From positions 120,900,001 to 120,964,000 of the forward strand of contig OX597814.1 of the NCBI GenBank assembly GCA_951406725.2: a stretch of DNA of 64,000 bases. Direction: 5' to 3'. Position numbers and translations under genes: made by a program. The DNA is from Octopus vulgaris (lineage: Eukaryota). The notes beneath the pieces are model-generated. The model saw only the letters and a list, made by a program, of their open reading frames with translations. It did no database searches and had not been told where the DNA came from. This document shows positions 41,066 to 51,032 of the stretch, piece by piece (position 1 is the first letter of the stretch; every line of letters begins with the position of its first letter).

Positions 41066-41938
41066 TATAGTCTGAGCAATAAGTACCCGAACTGTTTGTA
41101 TAATAACGAAGGTTTAGCACGCAGAGTAATGTCGCTCGGCACAGATTGGCCATGATCTCTGCCGTGCATGTGCACTAAGCCTTAACGTTCTAACTCACTG
41201 CCACTGTTTGCAGCAGTCCTTGGAATGAAGTTGTGTAACGTGTGATCGTCGCGTGGGACATGACAGAGAAAGTTGAGCAGATAATCGACATCAAATTTTG
41301 TCAAAAGCTTCGCGATACCTGCTCAGTTTCCAAAAAGTCTTCATCGTTCATCACACAATCAAGGTGACCTTGTGCTACTGTAATCAGAGAAGTGTATACT
41401 TTTAGTCAGCTGAAAGCAGTTTTGGCAAACTTTTGGCAGAGACGCGTCTCATACATAAATCTTCACTGATAATGGACTAAACTGACCTGTAACTAATCTG
41501 CACATCCTCTGATAACTCACGGATGGGGATTCAAAAACTTCCCCCTCACATCTGCGATATTTTCTCAGTTCTGCTGGTTGCGTCTCCCAGAATGTTCGTC
41601 AATATCGACAATTTTTTGCCCATCTTGGACATGTCTAAACCACTGATACACTTGTGTGCTGTTCAAACATTCCTCTCCATACACTTTCTTCAAATTTGTG
41701 TAGGCCTCTGACCAGGTATCATAATGACAAATTTCTCTCTTTTGGTCAATGTGACGATCACACGTTATACACCTTCCTTCCAAGCACTTCAGTAAACAGC
41801 GAAAGTGATCTACAATGTTAAAACTTAGTGCGCATGTACTACAGAGTTCAAGGTTCATCTCTATCAAGCAGCTTCACTCTGCGTGCATTAGCATCTATAC
41901 TGTGGCAACAATCCAGATCCTTATAGATCAGATTTCGT
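41066..41938. mobile_element. Degraded mariner-family element containing two opposed transposase 5' ends
   Basis: Minus 41400-41730 encodes EAYTNLKKVYGEECLNSTQVYQWFRH..DG..DEHSGR and RELSEDVQIS..SEDLCMRRVSAKSLPKLL. Plus 41260-41326 encodes MTEKVEQIIDIKFCQKLRDTCS. Degenerate TIRs at both ends. Confidence 0.72.
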
Positions 41939-42085
41939 GTTTATGAAAATTCCTGTTTTATGATGCATATCCTGTTTTTTCATATGCATGTATATATATG
42001 CATGGATGTGTGTGTTTGCACGCGCCTGTGTGTGTCTGTGTGTGAGTGTGTGTGTGTAGACATATATATATATTCACTTTCTCTA

Positions 42086-42145
<60 letters not shown>

Positions 42146-42188
42146 CATTTATATGTGCGTTTGTGTGTATGTGTGTGTCATTTCGAGA

Positions 42189-42269
42189 AAGTGGCTTCTG
42201 CTATAGCCTCGGGCCGACCAAAACTTTGAGAGTGGATTTGGTAGATGGAAACTGAAAGAAGCCCACCGT

Positions 42270-42347
<78 letters not shown>

Positions 42348-42545
42348 TATGTGACCGTTTGTCCTCCAACCATCGCTTGGTGTGCCCATGTCCCCGTAAC
42401 CTAGCGGTTCGGCAAATGGACCGATAGAATAAGTTCTATGTTTAGAAAGAATAAGTCCTGGGGTCGATTTCTTCGACTAGACCCTTTAAGGTGCCACATC
42501 AACATGGCGGCAGTACAATGACTGAAATATAAAAAAATGAAAGAA
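42189..42545 (+). mobile_element. SINE family A, 5'-truncated
   Basis: ttctgctatagcctcgggccgacc...ccccgtaacctagcggttcggc...atgactgaaa. Confidence 0.8.
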
Positions 42546-42648
42546 TACATATATATATATATATAGGGGTGAAAAGGAACACACGAGTTGATATATATGA
42601 AAAAACAAGTCAAAAAATAGAAAATGCTAAAATAATTTTATAGTGAAC

Positions 42649-42694
42649 ATTTCAGTACCGGTTTCGGTCATTTTGAGACCTTTTCAACTGTAAC
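42649..42694 (-). ncRNA. PLE 3'-end minimal hammerhead ribozyme (U3:A8 variant)
   Basis: Identical to 35711-35756. Confidence 0.75.
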
Positions 42695-43403
42695 GATTAA
42701 ATAATTAAATTTAGAAAAATTAGAAGAAAAGTTTTTTTAAAAGAATATTTCTATAGTAGTGTTCAGATTTAAGTGGCATTCTGCCTTTCTCTGACTCCCT
42801 TGTTTGCACTTGTGTGTCGGAGGTCGTTGTGAGTTCTTGGAAGGGTAGTAGAGGAAGAAGGCTGGTGGGGAAAGGGGGATGGGAGAATCTGGGAGTGCCC
42901 TGATGGTCGTATTTTGAATGGTCAGTGGCGGCTGGCAGTCTCAGTTCAATTCAGGAGAATATTTATATTGACAGGCTTGTTTATAGAATTAGCGTAGGTG
43001 TTATACTAAAAAACATTAGTGACAAAGTTAAGGGGTAGGGGGTGGAGAAGTAGAAGAAGAAGAAGAAGGAGAAGGAGAAGGAGAAGGAGAAGGAGAAGAT
43101 GACGATGATGGTGGTGGTGGTGATGATTATGACGACGATGATGATGATAATGATGATGATGAAGAAGAAGGAGGAGAAGGAGAAGATGGTGGTGATGATG
43201 GTGGTGATGATGATGACGACGATGATGATGATAATGATGATGATGAAGAAGAAGAGGAAGAAGAAGAAGAAGAAAACAGAGAAGGGGGAATATGAATGGG
43301 TGTAAGTATAGCTATGAAGGGGCTGATTAGTAATGGATTCTATGGAGTGTAATATTTGTGTGTGTATATATATTTTTTTCTTTTATTCTAAAGTTGAGGT
43401 ATA

Positions 43404-45177
43404 TTAATTGTTTGTCGTAGACCCGTTTAGAAGTGGCTTGTATTTTGTAATAAAGAGATTTTCTTTACTTATTCGTTGTCTCGAGGTTGTATCGTCCCTA
43501 AATTGGTAGAGGGGGAAAATTCTGAAGTTTGGTGTTTTTTTGTTGGCGCAAGTATCTATGTGTTGGCTAAAAGCTATTTTTCTGTTTTGGGGAATTTTTA
43601 TCTGGGATCTGTGCAGGGCCATTCGTTTACGCAAACCATTTTTTGTTTGGCCTATGTACTGCTCTTGACACCCGGAACAGGTTAGTGAGTATATTAGGTT
43701 CTCCGAAGCACATGTGAAGTTGCTTTTCACTGTAAACCGTTGTCCCTGCTTGAAGGAGAACTCTGATCCCTCAATTAGATAGTCGCATATCCCGCAATTG
43801 GGTCTTCCACAATTTTTTACTGTCGGCTTCTGTGTTGAGGAGTGAATTCGGGCTTGTGTAAGGAGACTTTTCATGGATCTAGGCTGTCTTTTGCTTTTTA
43901 TGATCGTGTGTGTTTGGAGGATTGTGTTCATTCTGTGGTCTTTTTTTAGGAGGGGTATGTTGTGGAGGATGGTGTCGAAGGCTTCGTTATTGAGAGGGTT
44001 GTGTGTGGAGATGTATGGTAAGGCTTTTGGTTGTAAGTTTTTCTTTGATTTGGGATGTCTCAGTTCCTTGATGTTAAGTTGAAGGGCACGTTGAATGCAC
44101 TTGTCAATAAGTGAAGGTGGATAGTTCCTGGTGATTAGGGTATCTTTTAGTTCTTGTAGTCGTGTGTCTCTGGTGTTTGCGTTAGAGACTATAGTGCATA
44201 TCCTTTTTGCTAGATTGAAGGGGATATTCATCCTGGTGTGTCTGGGGTGGCATGAATTGAATGGAAGATATTGCTTAGAGTCTGTAGGCTTATAGTATAT
44301 GTCTGTTTCTATTATATTGTTAGCTTTCTTAATGAGGATATCGAGGAAGGGGAGTTGTTGTTGGCTATATTCCATCGTGAATTGGATGTTTACGTCCAGT
44401 CCGTTTAAAATTTTCTGGAATTCTATGAGTTTTTCTATATTTTTATGCCAAAGGATGAAACAGTCATCTAGATATCTCTTCCAGTTGTTTTCTATGTAGA
44501 TGGAGAAAGGGCTGCCATATCTTTCTAGAACCTTACGATACAGACTGATCTCTAGGTATCCTATGACTAGGTTGGCAAAGGAGGGGGCCATTCGTGTACC
44601 CATCGCAGTCCCCGATTTTTGTCGGTAGAAGTTGTCATTGAAGGCGAAGAAGTTATTTTCCAGGATGAATTTGACCCCTTCTATCACAAATTCTTTTTTG
44701 ATGCGGTGTGGTAGTTCGTTGGCGTGATTCTCTAGCCAGAATTGGATTGCCTCTAGTCCTAGGTTGTGGGGGATATTGGAGTAGAGGTTGATTACATCGA
44801 AGGATACCAGTATGGTGTTTTTGTTTATAGTATTCGGTAGGTGATTGAGCATATCTAAGTCGTCCCTTATATAGCTTTTGACATGTTTGAGGAGCGGTTT
44901 TAACAGGGTGTCTAAAAAGTTACTGAGGCGGTGGGTTTCGCATGCGGGACCTGCTATTATGGGTCTCAATTTGAGGTCATTAGGATTAGGGACTTTAATT
45001 ATTTTGTCTGTAGCTATCTTGCATGCGTTGCTTATTTTTTCACTTTTGTGGATCTTAGGTATACCGTAGAATTGGCTAGTTTTACTTGTGAAATTGGTCA
45101 TATAATCATATTCTTTGTCGGTGAGCCCTGCTTTGTATGGGTTTAATATGGATTTTAGTTCCCTCATTATTTTTTGT
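43404..45177 (-). pseudogene. 5'-truncated inverted copy of PLE ORF2 (RT + GIY-YIG), frame intact
   Basis: Protein identical to the 46570-48723 product from QKIMRELK onward. The track's N-terminal MCLFLSAFSVSRVE is read-through across the inversion junction. Confidence 0.88.
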
Positions 45178-45196
45178 TCCACACGAGATACAGAAA

Positions 45197-46432
45197 ATGC
45201 CGACAAAAACAGACACAATCACCTCCATAAACGAAGAAATACTGAAAGAACTCAAGAAAATCAACACAAATTTGTCAACTTTTTTGAACAAATTCGACTC
45301 GACACTTCAACCCAATCGAGAGAACAATGAAGAAACAGATACGAAAAATACAACCTCCGAAATTGTCGAAAACCTTGGAAACTTATGCGAAACAATTAGA
45401 ACATTTTTCTCTAACAACGCTAACCAAGGACCTCCAAACGCGTCAATATATGGGATCAATACTCTAACAACATACCAAATGAAACACCACATAATACCAC
45501 AATGGAACAAATCACTCAGAGATAGAAAGTTCGCCTTTTGGAAGATGATCCAAAACAACAACAAAGCGGATATATACGAAAAATGGCTCAACCGGACCCC
45601 GTTAATCCTCCCACGTAAATTCCAGTTCAAAGCTATTACAGAAGAACCTGAAACTCAAAGACACCTCAGGGAGAGAATGGCACTGGAAAAAATGAAAATG
45701 GAAATAGAACTTCTTAAATTGAGGGCCCAAACGAATGAGGATAAAATAAAATCCACCGATGAAGATATCAACGAAGAAATTCGCAAAATGACCCAAGGCC
45801 CAGATCAAGAGAAGTTCTCCAAACTATGGAAAGAGGACTGTGAAAAAGAAGAACTAAAATCTCTCCAACGCTGGGAGAAAAGCGCCACTTGGTTCTCAGA
45901 CTATGAAGCCGTCTTTCAAACAGAGCACGCCTCCAACAACCCTTTCCAGAAAATAAGAAAACCAAAACAACACCCAAACACCGATACACACCTGTCTAAA
46001 AATCGGAACCTTCACTACTATCAAAAAAAGAATACAGGACCTAACCCTAACTCTGTAAGCAGCCAGCGATACAATATCAGGAATACCGCCACTTCAAGCA
46101 GAGAAAGGATAAATCAACACCCACAGCATAGACACTGCAACCTCATCCCCACCCAAAGGAGTTACCAACGAAATCTTCGTCCCATTAACCGGTTAAACAA
46201 CCATGCACAACAAACCCACACCACTTGCAATGATTACCAACGAAGGCCTCCTAGAACACCACACCCGAATATGGGATATCGGGATGCTCTCCTCAATACT
46301 GCTCCAAGAACACACACCATAAATCACAACAGGAGACCCCTAATCAACAAAGAACAACTATATACTAGCTACCGTCCCAACCACCGCATTCATTTTTTAG
46401 ACCCAATACGCAAACACAGAGACACAAGATAG
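45197..46432 (+). CDS. PLE ORF1: ~411-aa predicted coiled-coil protein with basic, N/Q/H/R/P-rich C-terminal tail
   Basis: Long uninterrupted ORF upstream of RT; first ATG after the inversion junction is at 45197 (MPTKTD). Heptad-like helices (INEEILKELKKINTNL; MALEKMKMEIELLKLRAQ). May be 5'-truncated. Confidence 0.75.
   Translation: MPTKTDTITSINEEILKELKKINTNLSTFLNKFDSTLQPNRENNEETDTKNTTSEIVENLGNLCETIRTFFSNNANQGPPNASIYGINTLTTYQMKHHIIPQWNKSLRDRKFAFWKMIQNNNKADIYEKWLNRTPLILPRKFQFKAITEEPETQRHLRERMALEKMKMEIELLKLRAQTNEDKIKSTDEDINEEIRKMTQGPDQEKFSKLWKEDCEKEELKSLQRWEKSATWFSDYEAVFQTEHASNNPFQKIRKPKQHPNTDTHLSKNRNLHYYQKKNTGPNPNSVSSQRYNIRNTATSSRERINQHPQHRHCNLIPTQRSYQRNLRPINRLNNHAQQTHTTCNDYQRRPPRTPHPNMGYRDALLNTAPRTHTINHNRRPLINKEQLYTSYRPNHRIHFLDPIRKHRDTR
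46393..46399 (+). promoter_or_regulatory. Candidate -1 ribosomal frameshift slippery heptamer T_TTT_TTA
   Basis: Phased X_XXY_YYZ in the ORF1 frame (caT TTT TTA gac) within the 46369-46432 ORF1/ORF2 overlap. Confidence 0.65.
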
Positions 46433-48723
46433 CACCAAACAAGCAGGAGGAACCAAAAGTAATAAAAATTATTAATCTAACTCACAAGGAACTAACAGCA
46501 AACCAAATAAACATACTTTCCAAAGGACTCAAGTTTACACCCACCCCACAACACCCCAACTACAATGAAATGAAAGAAGACATCGCAGAATTCTGCAGAA
46601 AATTAAGACTTACTGAGGAGCTATACGATAAATACAACGAGGACGAATCGTTAGCCAGAAATAGGAGTAACTACACCCCCTCGAAAGGTAAGAATAAAAC
46701 ACTTGATGATTTCTGTGACCACATATCAAATTACCCATATCAACATATGCACAAACAAAAACACAAACCAAACTTCAGCAAAAAAGAATGGGCTGAGTTG
46801 AACAAATTAAAACTAGATAAAACAATAACAATCAAAGAGGCCGATAAAGGGAGTGCTGTTGTCTTAATGGATACGACATTTTACATAACTTTGGTACTTT
46901 CTATGCTGGAAGACACAACATACTATGAAAAGGCACAAAACTACAGTCAACAAAAAATAATGAGGGAACTAAAATCCATATTAAACCCATACAAAGCAGG
47001 GCTCACCGACAAAGAATATGATTATATGACCAATTTCACAAGTAAAACTAGCCAATTCTACGGTATACCTAAGATCCACAAAAGTGAAAAAATAAGCAAC
47101 GCATGCAAGATAGCTACAGACAAAATAATTAAAGTCCCTAATCCTAATGACCTCAAATTGAGACCCATAATAGCAGGTCCCGCATGCGAAACCCACCGCC
47201 TCAGTAACTTTTTAGACACCCTGTTAAAACCGCTCCTCAAACATGTCAAAAGCTATATAAGGGACGACTTAGATATGCTCAATCACCTACCGAATACTAT
47301 AAACAAAAACACCATACTGGTATCCTTCGATGTAATCAACCTCTACTCCAATATCCCCCACAACCTAGGACTAGAGGCAATCCAATTCTGGCTAGAGAAT
47401 CACGCCAACGAACTACCACACCGCATCAAAAAAGAATTTGTGATAGAAGGGGTCAAATTCATCCTGGAAAATAACTTCTTCGCCTTCAATGACAACTTCT
47501 ACCGACAAAAATCGGGGACTGCGATGGGTACACGAATGGCCCCCTCCTTTGCCAACCTAGTCATAGGATACCTAGAGATCAGTCTGTATCGTAAGGTTCT
47601 AGAAAGATATGGCAGCCCTTTCTCCATCTACATAGAAAACAACTGGAAGAGATATCTAGATGACTGTTTCATCCTTTGGCATAAAAATATAGAAAAACTC
47701 ATAGAATTCCAGAAAATTTTAAACGGACTGGACGTAAACATCCAATTCACGATGGAATATAGCCAACAACAACTCCCCTTCCTCGATATCCTCATTAAGA
47801 AAGCTAACAATATAATAGAAACAGACATATACTATAAGCCTACAGACTCTAAGCAATATCTTCCATTCAATTCATGCCACCCCAGACACACCAGGATGAA
47901 TATCCCCTTCAATCTAGCAAAAAGGATATGCACTATAGTCTCTAACGCAAACACCAGAGACACACGACTACAAGAACTAAAAGATACCCTAATCACCAGG
48001 AACTATCCACCTTCACTTATTGACAAGTGCATTCAACGTGCCCTTCAACTTAACATCAAGGAACTGAGACATCCCAAATCAAAGAAAAACTTACAACCAA
48101 AAGCCTTACCATACATCTCCACACACAACCCTCTCAATAACGAAGCCTTCGACACCATCCTCCACAACATACCCCTCCTAAAAAAAGACCACAGAATGAA
48201 CACAATCCTCCAAACACACACGATCATAAAAAGCAAAAGACAGCCTAGATCCATGAAAAGTCTCCTTACACAAGCCCGAATTCACTCCTCAACACAGAAG
48301 CCGACAGTAAAAAATTGTGGGAGACCCAATTGCGGGATATGCGACTATCTAATTGAGGGATCAGAGTTCTCCTTCAAGCAGGGACAACGGTTTACAGTGA
48401 AAAGCAACTTCACATGTGCTTCGGAGAACCTAATATACTCACTAACCTGCTCCGGGTGTCAAGAGCAGTACATAGGCCAAACAAAAAATGGTTTGCGTAA
48501 ACGAATGGCCCTGCACAGATCCCAGATAAAAATTCCCCAAAACAGAAAAATAGCTTTTAGCCAACACATAGATACTTGCGCCAACAAAAAAACACCAAAC
48601 TTCAGAATTTTCCCCCTCTACCAATTTAGGGACGATACAACCTCGAGACAACGAATAAGTAAAGAAAATCTCTTTATTACAAAATACAAGCCACTTCTAA
48701 ACGGGTCTACGACAAACAATTAA
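46399..48723 (+). CDS. PLE ORF2: reverse transcriptase + Cys linker + GIY-YIG endonuclease (first ATG 46570; frame open from 46369)
   Basis: IINLT..LT..LSKGLKFTPTP, ADKG, LRPII, SFDVINLYSNIP, GTAMG, RYLDD, LPFLD, YYKPT, CGRPNCGIC, LIY...YIGQT; no stops. Confidence 0.95.
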   Translation, partial: RPNTQTQRHKIAPNKQEEPKVIKIINLTHKELTANQINILSKGLKFTPTPQHPNYNEMKEDIAEFCRKLRLTEELYDKYNEDESLARNRSNYTPSKGKNKTLDDFCDHISNYPYQHMHKQKHKPNFSKKEWAELNKLKLDKTITIKEADKGSAVVLMDTTFYITLVLSMLEDTTYYEKAQNYSQQKIMRELKSILNPYKAGLTDKEYDYMTNFTSKTSQFYGIPKIHKSEKISNACKIATDKIIKVPNPNDLKLRPIIAGPACETHRLSNFLDTLLKPLLKHVKSYIRDDLDMLNHLPNTINKNTILVSFDVINLYSNIPHNLGLEAIQFWLENHANELPHRIKKEFVIEGVKFILENNFFAFNDNFYRQKSGTAMGTRMAPSFANLVIGYLEISLYRKVLERYGSPFSIYIENNWKRYLDDCFILWHKNIEKLIEFQKILNGLDVNIQFTMEYSQQQLPFLDILIKKANNIIETDIYYKPTDSKQYLPFNSCHPRHTRMNIPFNLAKRICTIVSNANTRDTRLQELKDTLITRNYPPSLIDKCIQRALQLNIKELRHPKSKKNLQPKALPYISTHNPLNNEAFDTILHNIPLLKKDHRMNTILQTHTIIKSKRQPRSMKSLLTQARIHSSTQKPTVKNCGRPNCGICDYLIEGSEFSFKQGQRFTVKSNFTCASENLIYSLTCSGCQEQYIGQTKNGLRKRMALHRSQIKIPQNRKIAFSQHIDTCANKKTPNFRIFPLYQFRDDTTSRQRISKENLFITKYKPLLNGSTTNN

Positions 48724-49613
48724 TATACCTCAACTTTAGAATAAAAGAAAAAAATATATATACACACACAAATATTACACTCCATAGAATCCATTACTAA
48801 TCAGCCCCTTCATAGCTATACTTACACCCATTCATATTCCCCCTTCTCTGTTTTTTTCTTCTTCTTCTTCTTCCTCTTCTTCTTCATCATCATCATTATC
48901 ATCATCATCGTCGTCATCATCATCACCACCATCATCACCACCATCTTCTCCTTCTCCTCCTTCTTCTTCATCATCATCATTATCATCATCATCGTCGTCA
49001 TAATCATCACCACCACCACCATCATCGTCATCTTCTCCTTCTCCTTCTCCTTCTCCTTCTTCTTCTTCTTCTTCTACTTCTCCACCCCCTACCCCTTAAC
49101 TTTGTCACTAATGTTTTTTAGAGTATAACACCTACGCTAATTCTATAAACACTCCTGAATTGAACTGAGACTGCCAGCCGCCACTGACCATTCAAAATAC
49201 GACCATCAGGGCACTCCCAGATTCTCCCATCCCCCTTTCCCCACCAGCCTTCTTCCTCTACTACCCTACCAAGAACTCACAACGACCTCCGACACACAAG
49301 TGCAAACAATTTTTCTAAATTTAATTATTTAATCGTTACAGTTGAGTCAGAGAAAGGCAGAATGCCACTTAAATCTGAACACTACTATAGAAATATTCTT
49401 TGCATATATGTACACAGAAAAAAACTTTTATGTGTCAAGGCGTCGAGGTTACACTGAACCAATTCTAATTTTTCTAAATTTAATTATTTAATCGTTACAG
49501 TTGAAAATTTGCTTAAGATTATCAACTGTACCGTAGATAGCATGTAGGTAGGCCTGCTCTATATTTATGTTCCTTTACTTTCTAAGAGAGAGATATTTCT
49601 CTGTGATATATTG

Positions 49614-49752
49614 GAGCACGCGGGGATGTGTGTTAAGAACCTTCTTTTCGAGCCACATTGTTTCGGGTTCAGTCACACTGCGTGGAACCTTCGTCTAGTG
49701 TCTTCTACTTGGGTCGACCAATGCCTTGTGGGTTTGGGAGACGGAAATTGAA
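49614..49752 (+). mobile_element. Degenerate SINE family A head
   Basis: cgggttcagtcacactgcgtggaacctt...gggtcgaccaatgccttgtgg...gacggaaattgaaa. Confidence 0.65.
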
Positions 49753-49896
49753 ATCATCGATGACGTGCCCCTATCTCGCTTGCTGTAGGAAGCTTGTCTC
49801 CTTTGTCATGGCTAAGAGTTTTCTCACTGTTATTTCTAGCGCTGCAGCTTTTGGTTATCACCCTTCGTCACCTTAGTGACGTATATACTTGTACCT

Positions 49897-49964
<68 letters not shown>

Positions 49965-49974
49965 TATAAGTGGG

Positions 49975-50145
49975 AGTGTGTATGAGGAGACCCCCTTCTG
50001 TCATGAATGACCACAGGATTGCACCAAGAATGTTACCCTCCGAGGCAAAAGTCTGGGCCATGTTGCTTGTGGAAGACCAGCAGTCGCCCACGCATACCAG
50101 CCTCCCCTCTACACACCATTGATGTTATCCAAGGGAAAAGCAAAC
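49975..50145. mobile_element. Interspersed repeat fragment, possibly RTE-related
   Basis: GC-richer block (ggagaccccct...ggaagaccagcagtcgcc...ccaagggaaa) resembling RTE-associated UTR sequence; memory-based only. Confidence 0.35.
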
Positions 50146-50581
50146 TCGTAACTCTTCTATACGATATTACATTTATTGAATTCCGGTTTTGTTGTATCAT
50201 TCTCTCAAATTACATTTAATGGGATATGTATCTGTACTTGGATGGTTAACTGAGAGTAATTGTGCGTCTAATTAATATTCACAAACATGCACACATACAT
50301 ATCTACATATATACATATGCACACACATACATGCATACACACATGCATACATTCATACGTATATATACCATTCATGCATTTATAAGCACACGCAAACACA
50401 CACTGATCCACGCACATGCGCACAAACAAACAAAAAGGAAGGCAGTGTGAGTAACGGACAGAGTCAAAACTATTGAAAAGGTTGCAAGACGCAATGAAAA
50501 TTTCAGAAAAATGGAAGAGAAATAAGTCGAAATTTTACCAGTGAGTGTGTTAAATTATAAGGTACCAAAAGAGAATGACTC

Positions 50582-50656
50582 TCCCTAGACACAACAGAAT
50601 ATACTTCAACACACGAACTCACGTGAAGAATCTTACAAACCAAATCGCAAAACCTA

Positions 50657-50694
<38 letters not shown>

Positions 50695-50981
50695 CAACAT
50701 GCGCATATTATTATCTCATAGACTGTCCTCGAAAATACGTCGTACCTTTACGTGTCTTCCTTCCCAAGATATTTATATAACTTTGTCAAACAAATTTCAC
50801 AAGAATTCACTTGAATGTTGACGATATTGCTATTAATACAGTTTACATATTCCAGTATTGCATCCTGCGGTAACGATCTTGAAGTGGTATAACTCATTGC
50901 ATATTTTCCCTAGACACAACAGAATATACTTCAACACACGAACTCACGTGAAGAATCTTACAAACCAAATCGCAAAACCTA

Positions 50982-51029
<48 letters not shown>
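50582..51029 (+). repeat. Perfect ~77-bp direct repeat, each copy ending in (TA)n
   Basis: tccctagacacaac...cgcaaaacctagc at 50582-50658 and 50907-50983. Confidence 0.9.

Positions 51030-51032
<3 letters not shown>

Larger units (their letters stand above)
42566..49507. mobile_element. Penelope-like (Neptune-type) retroelement insertion 2: near-complete plus copy preceded by a 2.6-kb inverted copy
   Basis: Minus arm 42566-45178 mirrors 46950 onward. Plus arm 45179-49507 holds ORF1, ORF2 and the 3' UTR. The left end abuts (TA)n at the same nucleotide (ggggtgaaaagg) as insertion 1. Confidence 0.95.

Noticed and set aside
45137-45196. Track's ORF1 start MGLIWILVPSLFF (looks like a signal peptide)
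   Set aside because: 45137-45178 is the antisense of ORF2 in the inverted arm; the hydrophobic leader is a junction artefact.
46055-46400. Possible intron from gtaagc (46055) to ttttttag (46400) joining ORF1 and ORF2
   Set aside because: That splice lands in the third frame and hits a stop within ~25 codons. Other donors are not excluded without RNA data.
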